64,000 nt of DNA from an uncultured Bacteroidales bacterium. GTDB lineage: Bacteria; Bacteroidota; Bacteroidia; Bacteroidales; JAAAOM01. Made by a program: the position numbers and the translations under genes. Position 1 is the stretch's first letter, and every line of letters starts with the position of its first letter. The notes beneath the pieces are model-generated. The model saw only the letters and a program-made list of their open reading frames with translations, was not told the DNA's origin and did not search any database. The stretch spans positions 27-64,026 of the forward strand of contig CAZAMT010000001.1 of NCBI GenBank assembly GCA_964486145.1. The letters are read 5' to 3'. Below are positions 29,139-38,513 of the stretch, one piece after another.

Positions 29139-31484
29139 CTAATTTATTTGATAGGTAATACCTCCCAGAAAAATAGGTTCGGTTTTGTCCATGTATGGAA
29201 ATTGAACCGAATTTCCGATTAAATTTCTTGCATTAACATAGACATTCAGATTATTTACTATGGCATACGAAAGTTTAATATTTTGAATTATCTGTGCATC
29301 AATCCGTGTATCTCCATACTTATCGGAAAATTTTTGTTCCGTCACATAATAGGTTGAACTAAAAATGCTCGCTTTTTCATTTAAAAATGTATAATTAACC
29401 GTCAAGCCGCCAAACGCTGAAGGGGTCCACTCATGCACTTTTTCATCCACTTCATCCGGACCAAAATTATCATACGTAAAATTGGCGGGATCACTTGTAA
29501 ATGACATATACGCTTTTACTAACATATCTTCAATAGTGGCATCTTGTTTTAATACAATTTCGTTGTAAATATCTGTTCTCTGGATTGTGGAAAATGCCTT
29601 AACTACAAGATTTTCATTTGCAACCCAGCTAAGCGAAAGCGATGCACCCTGTTGAACAGCTTCAAGATTAATGTTTTGATATGACATGCGTACAAACGTT
29701 CTGTCTCCTAAATTCAAACTGGCTGAATCCGGATAGAGTGCCCCAAAATTTTGTGATGTGGTTTGAAATAATTCAAGATCCAACTGGAGATTCATAAGCG
29801 GTTTCCACCGGAATCCAAATTCGAGCATGTCCATCGTTAATAAATCAAGGTTTTTCGTCCCCTGAAAATAAATATATCCGGGATCTGGCCTTCCTTCGCG
29901 ATCCCACAAGAAATTTGAATAAGAATCAATGAGAAATGGGCCACGATTGGCTTTGGAGTAGACACCACGCAGCAATGCATTTTCGGTTATGTTATATAAT
30001 CCCGCGAACTGGTATGATAAATAAGGATCATCATGTGTGTTGTATTTTTCACCCCGAACCGCGGCAATCAAGCGAATTTTTTCCATGGGCCGGTAGTCTG
30101 CCCGTAAACTTAATGCCTGCGATGTTAAATCTTTATTTCCATTCAAAAATCCCTGCCCTTCTGTACTTAAATAAGGCCGATCATTATAGTCTGCCTTTTG
30201 AAAGAAAAAGCCCGGTGTCACCTCCAATTTCCCTAATTTTAAATTGTATTCAGCCGATGCATTAAAGTTGGAAATATCAATTTTAAACCCTGTGTCCTGT
30301 CTGATAATATCCTGCCATCCGTTCAGTCCATTGACTTTAATTTGCAGGTTTTTAATCTTTCCGTTAAAATCAAAATAACCGGTATTTGAAATTCTGCCAA
30401 CACATGCCGCGGGATTATCACCCATCGTAGAAGACAAAACTTCAGAACTTTGATATCCAAATTTCAAACCGGTCGAAATATTATCGTTGACATCATAAAA
30501 CACATAAGCATTTCCTCCCATGGTTTGCCTTGATAAATCAGGATTGGGATACATATCATCCACATCATCGGCAGGATCAAACACTTTGTAAGAAGTGTCA
30601 TTCGGATTTTTCAGTTCAGCCAGTTCTTCCTTTGAAATAAAGCCACCTTCCCCACCATTGGCTAAATGCACATACAGTAATTCGCTATTTCGTTTATACT
30701 GATCGAAATTTCCGGTCACACGAATGCCAAATTTATCAGTAAACTTTTTTCCTATTCCCAAATTTGTTTTTAGAATACCATGTGAACCACTTTCTACATT
30801 ACCTGTTGCCTGTAATTTCTGATTATCAACTGTTTTTGTAATTATGTTAACTACACCCGATACAGCGTTCGGCCCGTACAAAGCGCTGGAAGGGCCCCTT
30901 ACCACTTCAATTCTGTCGATATCCTGTAATCCCACTGGTAACGTTTCCCAAAATGTTCCTCCATGTGCATAATTATAAACAGGCCTTCCGTCAATCATCA
31001 CAAGCGTAATTGAATTTTCAGAGTATAATATCATATGATTGCCTGGCAGGTTATCGTTACCCCGGATGTGAACATCAAAATTACCATTGGTCTTTTCCCT
31101 GACAATTACGCCGGGAATCAGTCGTAATGCTTCCTCAATGGTTCGAACACCTGATTTTACGATTTCGTTATAAGAAATGACCGAAGTTGAAAGTGGTGCT
31201 TCGAAACTTTGTTCCACTTTTTTCGATGCAGATACGATATCTTTATTTAGAATCATTTCATATAATTCTTCCAACGATACACCTACAATATCCGCAAGCT
31301 GCAATAATTGATCGAGAGGCATTTCAATGAGTTGCTCGTATGGAATATTCAAAACCTCTTCCCTTGTCATTTCAGTAACATCCCTGGTTACTGTTTCCTG
31401 TGCCTTTGTATTCTGCAGTGATACCAGTAAACCGATAAGAATAAACAGAAATGATAATATCTTTATAAATTTTATTGTTTTCAT
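29139..31484 (-). CDS. TonB-dependent receptor
   Basis: It has a signal peptide and a plug region (IEEALRLIPGVIVREKTNGNFDVHIRGNDN, IEVVRGPSSALYGPNAVSGVVNIITK). A long beta-barrel follows with alternating aromatic/glycine strands. Confidence 0.9.
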   Translation of the reverse strand: MKTIKFIKILSFLFILIGLLVSLQNTKAQETVTRDVTEMTREEVLNIPYEQLIEMPLDQLLQLADIVGVSLEELYEMILNKDIVSASKKVEQSFEAPLSTSVISYNEIVKSGVRTIEEALRLIPGVIVREKTNGNFDVHIRGNDNLPGNHMILYSENSITLVMIDGRPVYNYAHGGTFWETLPVGLQDIDRIEVVRGPSSALYGPNAVSGVVNIITKTVDNQKLQATGNVESGSHGILKTNLGIGKKFTDKFGIRVTGNFDQYKRNSELLYVHLANGGEGGFISKEELAELKNPNDTSYKVFDPADDVDDMYPNPDLSRQTMGGNAYVFYDVNDNISTGLKFGYQSSEVLSSTMGDNPAACVGRISNTGYFDFNGKIKNLQIKVNGLNGWQDIIRQDTGFKIDISNFNASAEYNLKLGKLEVTPGFFFQKADYNDRPYLSTEGQGFLNGNKDLTSQALSLRADYRPMEKIRLIAAVRGEKYNTHDDPYLSYQFAGLYNITENALLRGVYSKANRGPFLIDSYSNFLWDREGRPDPGYIYFQGTKNLDLLTMDMLEFGFRWKPLMNLQLDLELFQTTSQNFGALYPDSASLNLGDRTFVRMSYQNINLEAVQQGASLSLSWVANENLVVKAFSTIQRTDIYNEIVLKQDATIEDMLVKAYMSFTSDPANFTYDNFGPDEVDEKVHEWTPSAFGGLTVNYTFLNEKASIFSSTYYVTEQKFSDKYGDTRIDAQIIQNIKLSYAIVNNLNVYVNARNLIGNSVQFPYMDKTEPIFLGGITYQIN

Positions 31485-31502
31485 TTTTTTGCCAATTTTA
31501 GA

Positions 31503-32009
31503 TTATTCAACTACAATTCCCAATGATGTTAGAAATGAATTAAGCTTTAAGCCGCTACCTTTTATTTTTGATGGATTGATTTCAAACTTTTGTTTCCCAT
31601 CAATTTTCACATAATTAATCCCTGATCCCTGCTTTGCTAATCCGGGTTTATCAGAAATGAGGAGCACCGGTTTGTTTTGCAGCTTTGACACCACCTCATT
31701 CAGTTGCGAACTCTTTGAAGGAACAATGTATACGATGTGGGCATGACCAATTTCATTGGCATTGTTAACACTTTTTACCTTAATCATCTGATTGCCCACT
31801 TTCTTTTTCGCAGCAAGTTTTTTCAGTTCTTCAATAATTGGTGAATTACCGAGGACGGTGATAACAAAGTCTCCACTTTTATCAGGCCATTCAATGTCTT
31901 TGGTGAAATTGTACATGAACAGAGCCTTGAACATGTCTTCCTGGGCTTTAAGTTCACCCTGACTAATCATGTAAAAAAGCACGAAAAATGCAAAAACAAA
32001 CTTTTTCAT
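31503..32009 (-). CDS. YfiR / DUF4154 family periplasmic protein
   Basis: It has a signal peptide. KALFMYNFTKDIEWP and PVLLISDKPGLAKQGSGINYVKIDGKQKFEINPSKIKGSGLKLNSFL match the DUF4154 pattern as I recall it. Confidence 0.8.
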   Translation of the reverse strand: MKKFVFAFFVLFYMISQGELKAQEDMFKALFMYNFTKDIEWPDKSGDFVITVLGNSPIIEELKKLAAKKKVGNQMIKVKSVNNANEIGHAHIVYIVPSKSSQLNEVVSKLQNKPVLLISDKPGLAKQGSGINYVKIDGKQKFEINPSKIKGSGLKLNSFLTSLGIVVE

Positions 32010-32311
32010 ATTTTAATGTGGTTTGTGAATAATAAAACTTAATAAGCCAGGGTTTGCCGTTGATTCCAGGGTTGCGAGAAAAATAATAACGTTTAATTAT
32101 GAGACTTATACAAAAACCAGCAAAAAAGGTTATAGAAAATTAAAAAAGTTAATGAATTTTTAATAGTGAACGGTCAGAGTGCCTTCACCGCGATAGATAG
32201 GTGGGGGAACTTTCCGTTCGCAAATAACTTAACGAAGTGAACTCACGAAGCAACGCGAGTAAACATGTTCCACGATTGTTGGGGGCTGGCTGTGTGTGAG
32301 TTAATGATTAT

Positions 32312-35095
32312 TTAATGAGCTTCCAGCCAATGATTTCCGGTGCCATAATCTACCACCAAAGGAACCTTCAGTTGAATGACATTTTGCATAGCATCTACAA
32401 CTAAGTCTTTAGTTGGTTCAATTTCATTTTGTGGTACTTCAAGAACCAGTTCATCATGCACCTGTAATATCATTTTGGCTCCGAGATTTTGCTTTTCAAT
32501 TTCCCGGAATACCTTAATCATTGCTAACTTAATTATGTCAGCAGCAGAGCCCTGGATGGGTGCATTAATAGCATTCCTTTCAGCAATGCCGCGTACGACA
32601 CCATTTCTGGAATTAATATCTTTGAGATACCTTTTCCTTCCCATTATTGTTTCAACATATCCTTTATCACGGGCAATTTTAATACTGTCTGACATGTATT
32701 TATGCACTCCTGGATATGAATGAAAATAGCCGTCAATCAGTGCTTTTGCATCGGTTCGCGGTATGTACAACCGTTGTGCCAGACCAAAGGCTGATATTCC
32801 GTAAATAATTCCAAAATTTGCAGTTTTGGCACGACTTCGTTGTTCCTTTGAAACCTCATTTACAGGTATTTTGTAAATTTTAGCTGCTGTTGCAGCGTGA
32901 ATGTCTTCGTTTTGATTAAATGCTTCTATCATTGCCTTGTCATCACTCATGTGTGCCATCAATCGAAGTTCAATTTGCGAATAATCTGCTGAAAGCAAAA
33001 TATATCTATCGTCCGGGATAAAAGATTTTCGGATTTCCCGTCCCTCCTCTTCTCTTACAGGAATGTTTTGCAGGTTTGGGTTGTTTGAACTCAATCGACC
33101 TGTTGCAGCGATGGCCTGATTAAACGAGGTATGTACCCTACCCGTATTTGGATTTATAAGTTTCGGCAATGCATCCACGTATGTAGAAAGCAATTTTGTG
33201 AGTGACCTGTATTTTAAAATTTTATGGATAATGGGATGATTTTCCCGTATGGCCAACAGCGTTTCCTCGCTGGTTGAATACTGTTTTGATTTGGTCTTTT
33301 TTGGATTATCAACGATTTTTAACTTGTCAAAAAGAACTTCTCCCAACTGTTTGGGAGAAGCAATGTTAAAATCAACTCCTGCCAGTTGAATAATTTCTTC
33401 GCGAATGCTGATAATATCTTTTGTTAATTTTTCTGAATATGTTTTTAAGGCGTCCCTATCCAATTTCACACCTGATGTTTCCATCCAGGTAAGAACGTGA
33501 ATCAACGGCATTTCCATGTCATACGCCAATTTGTCAAGATCTTGTTTTTGCAATTCTTTTTTTAGAATTTTCGCAAGCTGCAATGTAATATCTGCATCCT
33601 CGGAAGCATATTCCTTCAGCTTGTCAATTTCAACATCTTTCATATTTAATTGGCCTTTGCCTTTGGAACCAATCAATGTTTCTATTGAAACAGGTGAATA
33701 GGAAAGATATGTTTCTGCCAAATAATCAAGATTATGTTTAAGTTCAGGCTGCAGGATATAATGGGCAATCATTGTATCAAACAATTCTCCCTTGACGGAT
33801 ATTCCGGCATGGCCCAATACTTCCATATCAAATTTGATGTTCTGTCCGATTTTTTTAATGTTGGCATCTTCAAATACTTCTTTCAACATTTGAATGTAAT
33901 CCAACTTGTTTTCTGACTCGAACAAATGAATATAATATGCTTTTGATTTCTCAAGGGAAACGGATATGCCAATAATTTCTGAATTAAACGGGTTGAGGCC
34001 CGTGGTTTCGGTATCGAAACATAACTCTTTATTTGCTTTAATTTCATTACATAGATTCTGAACGTCACTTATTCCTGTTATCAGTTTATATTCATGATCA
34101 ACATCCTCGATTGTTTTATAATTCGTGGGTTCCGTTTTAAACATATCTGGTTCCGGAGCATCGAACAATTCCTTTTGTATGACATTTGCATTACCGCCAT
34201 TATTCGTTTTTGATACATCATTATTGAATAGACGTCTGGCAATAGAATTAAATTCCAGTTCATTAAAAAGCGGAAGCAGTTTACTTTGATCCGGTTTATC
34301 ATAAACAAGTTTAGAGGGTTCAAATGTAACCGGCACATCAGTGATAATGGTTGCCAACTTTTTCGAGAGCATGATTTGCTCTTTGCTATTTAAGACATTT
34401 TCTTTTTGTTTGCCTTTTAATTTTTCAACATTATCTATAAGATTTTCTACAGAATGAAACTGAGCAATAAGTTTTTTGGAGGTCTTCTCTCCGATTCCCG
34501 GCACACCGGGAATATTATCGGATGCATCACCCCATAAAGCAAGGATATCAATAACCTGTTTTGGATCAGATATCATAAACTTCTCACAAATTTCTTTTAC
34601 TCCCCAAATTTCAATGTCACCACCGGATCTTCTGGGTTTATACATTTTAATGTTTTCGGAAACCAGTTGTCCGAAATCCTTATCAGGTGTTACCATGAAT
34701 GTTGTATAACCCTGTTCGTTTGCATGATTTGCAAGTGTTCCAATAACATCATCAGCTTCATATCCGGGTATTTCGATAACCGGTATTGAAAAAGCATCTA
34801 AAAGTTGTTTTATGTAAGGAACTGAACTTTTAATTCCCTCCGGTGTTTCTTCGCGATTCGCCTTATACTCCGGATAAATTTCGGATCTGAATGTTGGTGT
34901 TGTAGGATCGAAAACAACACCAATGTGCGTTGGTTTTTCTTTATTGATTAGATCCAGCAGTGTATTGGTAAATCCATATGCAGCAGATGTATCCAATCCT
35001 TTTGAATTTACAATGGGCCGGTTGATAAACGCGTAATATGATCGAAAGATCAATGCATAAGCATCCAGTAAAAATAATCGATTATCATTTTCCAT
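32312..35095 (-). CDS. polA: DNA polymerase I
   Basis: 927 aa with a 5'-nuclease N-terminus, a 3'-5' exonuclease domain (CFDTETTGL), and polymerase motifs DYSQIELR and QVHDELV. Confidence 0.97.
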   Translation of the reverse strand: MENDNRLFLLDAYALIFRSYYAFINRPIVNSKGLDTSAAYGFTNTLLDLINKEKPTHIGVVFDPTTPTFRSEIYPEYKANREETPEGIKSSVPYIKQLLDAFSIPVIEIPGYEADDVIGTLANHANEQGYTTFMVTPDKDFGQLVSENIKMYKPRRSGGDIEIWGVKEICEKFMISDPKQVIDILALWGDASDNIPGVPGIGEKTSKKLIAQFHSVENLIDNVEKLKGKQKENVLNSKEQIMLSKKLATIITDVPVTFEPSKLVYDKPDQSKLLPLFNELEFNSIARRLFNNDVSKTNNGGNANVIQKELFDAPEPDMFKTEPTNYKTIEDVDHEYKLITGISDVQNLCNEIKANKELCFDTETTGLNPFNSEIIGISVSLEKSKAYYIHLFESENKLDYIQMLKEVFEDANIKKIGQNIKFDMEVLGHAGISVKGELFDTMIAHYILQPELKHNLDYLAETYLSYSPVSIETLIGSKGKGQLNMKDVEIDKLKEYASEDADITLQLAKILKKELQKQDLDKLAYDMEMPLIHVLTWMETSGVKLDRDALKTYSEKLTKDIISIREEIIQLAGVDFNIASPKQLGEVLFDKLKIVDNPKKTKSKQYSTSEETLLAIRENHPIIHKILKYRSLTKLLSTYVDALPKLINPNTGRVHTSFNQAIAATGRLSSNNPNLQNIPVREEEGREIRKSFIPDDRYILLSADYSQIELRLMAHMSDDKAMIEAFNQNEDIHAATAAKIYKIPVNEVSKEQRSRAKTANFGIIYGISAFGLAQRLYIPRTDAKALIDGYFHSYPGVHKYMSDSIKIARDKGYVETIMGRKRYLKDINSRNGVVRGIAERNAINAPIQGSAADIIKLAMIKVFREIEKQNLGAKMILQVHDELVLEVPQNEIEPTKDLVVDAMQNVIQLKVPLVVDYGTGNHWLEAH

Positions 35096-35107
35096 AATTA
35101 ACTGTAT

Positions 35108-35136
35108 AAAAAAATCCCTTCAGAAAAGGGATTTTT
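35108..35136 (-). terminator. Rho-independent terminator after the ArsR-family gene (bidirectional-looking)
   Basis: ATCCCTT (35114-35120) pairs with AAGGGAT (35126-35132) around a 5-nt loop. It is flanked by A7 on the plus strand (T7 on the minus strand) and by T4 on the other side. Confidence 0.6.
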
Positions 35137-35159
35137 GTAATTATTTTGTGTTGTTCAAT

Positions 35160-35459
35160 TTAATAACATGCACATTTACTAATACATTCTACAATGTTGC
35201 TTAAATTATCATGCTTCAAAAAATAGTATGTATTTTTTCCTTCCCGCTTGGAGGTTAGTACACCCTTATCTTTTAAAATCCCCAAATGATGTGAAGTAGT
35301 TGACTGTTCAATACCAAGTAATTCATGTATTTCTGTTACTGTTAAATGCTTTCCGTCTTCTAAGTGATTGAGAATTGCTATTCTCATTGGGTGTGCAATT
35401 GCCTTTAACATGTTAGCTGCGCGCTCCAGTTGTTCCGGAGTTAAGGTGCTAAATTTCAT
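35160..35459 (-). CDS. ArsR/SmtB family transcriptional regulator
   Basis: The winged-HTH sequence LKAIAHPMRIAILNHLEDGKHLTVTEIHELLGIEQSTTSHHLGILKDKGVL is present. ATG at 35459 is preferred over the TTG at 35486. The C-terminal tail is CISKCACY. Confidence 0.85.
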   Translation of the reverse strand: MKFSTLTPEQLERAANMLKAIAHPMRIAILNHLEDGKHLTVTEIHELLGIEQSTTSHHLGILKDKGVLTSKREGKNTYYFLKHDNLSNIVECISKCACY

Positions 35460-35519
35460 TGTATTTATTTCTTTAAATAATTCCAAGCAGGATTGATTTA
35501 GGTTTTCTTTCTACAAATA

Positions 35520-35527
35520 CAAATATA
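35520..35527 (-). promoter_or_regulatory. Candidate Bacteroidota -7 promoter box (TATATTTG) for the ArsR-family gene
   Basis: The minus strand reads TATATTTG, matching the TAnnTTTG consensus, 61 nt upstream of ATG 35459. No well-spaced -33 TTTG was found. Confidence 0.3.
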
Positions 35528-35655
35528 TAAATATATTATAAAGGTAAACATATTAAAAAGAAATATATTGAATTTACACACGTAAATAATTTATATAATG
35601 ATTAATTTTAGCGCCTGTTTTTGATGAATGCAAAATTTGAATTAAATGTATATAA

Positions 35656-36630
35656 ATGGCTACTTTAAATGAAATAAAAAAACCTGTTGAATTTGAAATA
35701 TCAGAATTTGAAAAATATTTTCAGTCTTCACTTGAAAGCAAAATTCCTTTATTGAAAATTGTCCTCAATTACATTTTGCGAAGAAAGGGAAAACAAATGC
35801 GTCCCTTGTTTGTACTTCTTTCTGCAAAAACCCTCGGAAATATAACTCCTTCGTCGTACGTAGCAGCATCATTAATTGAATTGCTACATACTTCCAGCCT
35901 TATTCATGATGATGTTGTTGACGAATCGTATGAACGGCGGGGAGCATTTTCGGTGAATGCATTATGGAAGTCAAAAATATCCGTTCTGGTTGGAGATTTT
36001 CTTCTGGCGCAGGGATTACTGCTTTCTGTAAAAAATAAAACTTATGATTTACTGGAAATTGTTTCAGACGCTGTTAAAGAAATGAGCGAAGGTGAACTTT
36101 TGCAAATTCAGAAATCCAGAAAATTAGATATCACCGAATCTCAGTATTATGAAATTATCGAGAAAAAGACGGCCTCACTCATCGCGGCTTGCACTGCTTG
36201 TGGAGCAAAATCAGTTACAGATGATTTGGAAATTGTTGACCAAATGAAATCCTTTGGAAAACTTACGGGAATTGCATTTCAAATTAAGGATGATTTGCTT
36301 GATTACGAACCCAAAGGCATGATTGGAAAACCTACCGGAAACGACATTAAAGAGAAAAAATTAACGCTCCCGCTTATTTATGCACTTGGGCAAACAACAA
36401 CGTCCAGCAAAAAATCCATTTTGCGTATAATTAATAAACCAAATAAAAATCAGGCCAGGGTAAACGAGGTCATCGAATTTGTAAAGTCCAATAACGGCAT
36501 TGGTTATGCCATTGAAAAAATGCATGATTATAAAAATCAGGCCCTGGAAATTTTGAATGCATTTGATCCATCATCATCGCGTCAGTCTCTTATTGACCTG
36601 GTCAACTTTACGGTAGAACGGAAAAAATAA
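35656..36630 (+). CDS. Polyprenyl diphosphate synthase (long-chain, IspB-like)
   Basis: The first Asp-rich motif LIHDDVVDES and the second FQIKDDLLD are present in a 324-aa protein. Product chain length cannot be read from sequence. Confidence 0.9.
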   Translation: MATLNEIKKPVEFEISEFEKYFQSSLESKIPLLKIVLNYILRRKGKQMRPLFVLLSAKTLGNITPSSYVAASLIELLHTSSLIHDDVVDESYERRGAFSVNALWKSKISVLVGDFLLAQGLLLSVKNKTYDLLEIVSDAVKEMSEGELLQIQKSRKLDITESQYYEIIEKKTASLIAACTACGAKSVTDDLEIVDQMKSFGKLTGIAFQIKDDLLDYEPKGMIGKPTGNDIKEKKLTLPLIYALGQTTTSSKKSILRIINKPNKNQARVNEVIEFVKSNNGIGYAIEKMHDYKNQALEILNAFDPSSSRQSLIDLVNFTVERKK

Positions 36631-36660
36631 AAATGGGGAGGGTTCATGTTATGTTTACCA

Positions 36661-38448
36661 CTACGTATGAAAATAATTGTACACGATTTTTGCCTTTGCC
36701 TTTCCAACCATTTTTGTAAGGCTCTCCAAATTGGTTTCTTTAATATTTTTTACTGACCCGAGTTGTTTTAGCAGAATTTCTTTGGTTTTGTCGCCAACCC
36801 CTTTAATTTTTTCCAATTCGGATGAAATGGCTGTTGATGATCGTTTATTACGATGAAATGAAATTGCAAACCGGTGTGCTTCATTTCTTAATTGCTGTAT
36901 AACTTTTAGTGAGGGCGAATTTTTATCAAGATACAATGGTACGCTGTCGCCGTAAAAAAATATCTCCTCCAGTTTTTTCGCAATACCAATCAGAGCAATT
37001 TCCTTATCCAGTTCCAAATTTTTTATACTTTCCATGGCAGCATTCAGTTGTCCTTTACCCCCGTCGATAACAACAAGTTGTGGCAGAGGGCTCCCCTCTT
37101 CCCGCAATCGATTGTATCTTCTGTAAACGACTTCCTGCATGGATGCAAAATCATTTGCACCTACTACGGATTTGATATTATAATGCCGGTAATGACTTTT
37201 TGCTGGTTTACCATTCTTAAAAACAACGCATGATGCTACCGGATGAGAACCCTGAATATTTGAATTGTCAAAACATTCGATATGTACCGGCAATTTTTGC
37301 AATTTTAAATCTTCTTTGATTGCATTGAGTATTACGTTTGATTTTGATTTTACTTTTGATAATTCGACCTGTTTCTTTTTTTCATATAAATGGTACCTTG
37401 CATTTCGCTCCGACAAATCAATCAGCTTTTTCTTATCACCTATTTTTGGTATGGTTACTTTAATGTTATCAAACGGAAACTCGATATTAAATGGCACCAG
37501 TATTTCTTTTAAATTTGACCGTGTCTTGCTTCTGATATCTAAAATGGCTAATGGCAAAATTTGCTCTATATTTTCGTTGAGTTTTTTAATTATTTCAATG
37601 GTATGTGCTTGAATAATGGCTCCATTTATAATTTTTAGGAAATTTACGAATACAGTTTTTTGATCCTCCGCGGCAGCATAAACCTCCAATTCCTTAATGG
37701 CAGGATTGACAATCGTGGATTTGCTTTTATACCTTTCCAGAATTTCAATACGTTCTTTTAATCGTTGAGCTTCTTCAAATTTAAGTTCAGCAGAAAACTT
37801 TCTCATTGTTTCCTGTAAATAGTGAATTACTTCCTGTAAATTTCCTTTAATGATATTCCTAACATTTTTAATCGCTTCATTGTAATCAGGTTCTGACTGC
37901 AAATTTTCACATGGGCCTTTACAATTGCCTATGTGGTATTCTAAACAAACCTTAAATTTTTGTGCTATAATGTTTTCCTTCGTTAAATTGTAATTGCATG
38001 TTCGCAACTGGTATAATTGCTTAATGAGTGAGAGTAAGGTGCGAACCATCTTAGCAGAAGTATACGGTCCAAAATATTCTGAACCATCATTCATTATGTT
38101 ACGGGTTGAAAACACTCTCGGAAAATGTTCATTTTTAATGCAAATCCAGGGAAATGATTTATCATCTTTTAATTGAACGTTGTATTTGGGTTGGTACTTT
38201 TTAATTAAGTTGTTTTCCAGCAACAGGGCATCCGATTCAGATTCGACAACAATGTGCTTTATATCTGAAATTTTTGATACCAATAATTTCAGTTTATATG
38301 TGTCGGCTTTTGATTGATTAAAATATGAAGCAACTCGCTTTTTTAAATCTTTTGCTTTTCCAATGTAAATAACATTGCCATTGTCATCAAAATATTGATA
38401 GACTCCTGGTTTGTTTGGTAATGCGAGTATTTTTGATTTAATATCCAT
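36661..38448 (-). CDS. uvrC: Excinuclease ABC subunit C
   Basis: The GIY-YIG N-terminus (PGVYQYFDDNGNVIYIGKAKDLKKRV), a UVR domain and a C-terminal HhH are present. I place the start at MDIKSKIL (38448). The 22 upstream codons of the ORF are the translation of two parS palindromes. Confidence 0.93.
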   Translation of the reverse strand: MDIKSKILALPNKPGVYQYFDDNGNVIYIGKAKDLKKRVASYFNQSKADTYKLKLLVSKISDIKHIVVESESDALLLENNLIKKYQPKYNVQLKDDKSFPWICIKNEHFPRVFSTRNIMNDGSEYFGPYTSAKMVRTLLSLIKQLYQLRTCNYNLTKENIIAQKFKVCLEYHIGNCKGPCENLQSEPDYNEAIKNVRNIIKGNLQEVIHYLQETMRKFSAELKFEEAQRLKERIEILERYKSKSTIVNPAIKELEVYAAAEDQKTVFVNFLKIINGAIIQAHTIEIIKKLNENIEQILPLAILDIRSKTRSNLKEILVPFNIEFPFDNIKVTIPKIGDKKKLIDLSERNARYHLYEKKKQVELSKVKSKSNVILNAIKEDLKLQKLPVHIECFDNSNIQGSHPVASCVVFKNGKPAKSHYRHYNIKSVVGANDFASMQEVVYRRYNRLREEGSPLPQLVVIDGGKGQLNAAMESIKNLELDKEIALIGIAKKLEEIFFYGDSVPLYLDKNSPSLKVIQQLRNEAHRFAISFHRNKRSSTAISSELEKIKGVGDKTKEILLKQLGSVKNIKETNLESLTKMVGKAKAKIVYNYFHT

Positions 38449-38461
38449 AAAAATAAAAAAG

Positions 38462-38477
38462 TGTTCCACGTGGAACA
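38462..38477. other. parS centromere-like site (TGTTCCACGTGGAACA, perfect palindrome)
   Basis: It matches the chromosomal parS consensus TGTTNCACGTGAAACA at 15 of 16 positions, differing only at G38474. The palindrome extends to 18 bp (38461-38478, GTGTTCCACGTGGAACAC). Confidence 0.85.
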
Positions 38478-38497
38478 CTTCAATTGAAATTTTCATT

Positions 38498-38513
38498 TGT
38501 TCCACGTGGAACA
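38498..38513. other. parS centromere-like site (TGTTCCACGTGGAACA, perfect palindrome)
   Basis: The 16-mer is identical to the site at 38462-38477, 36 bp away centre to centre, and abuts the mnmG stop codon. Confidence 0.85.

Noticed and set aside
28230-32260. Inverted CACGAAG-containing flanks as terminal inverted repeats of a mobile element carrying the TonB receptor cassette
   Set aside because: The two flanks share only about 7 identical nucleotides (ACGAAGT). There are no target-site duplications and no transposase or integrase gene, so the evidence is insufficient to call a mobile element.
32264-32274. ATGTTCCACGA as a fourth, degraded parS site
   Set aside because: Only the left half-site (TGTTCCACG) matches and the right half is unrelated. 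A 9-mer match is expected by chance in 64 kb on two strands.
32010-32311. A cobalamin or other riboswitch upstream of the DUF4154-TonB receptor operon
   Set aside because: Reading the minus-strand leader, I could not find a B12 box (GCCACTG-type core) or the conserved GGTGAAA/GGGAA context in a convincing arrangement. Only a modest 56-nt imperfect hairpin (32166-32221) is present.
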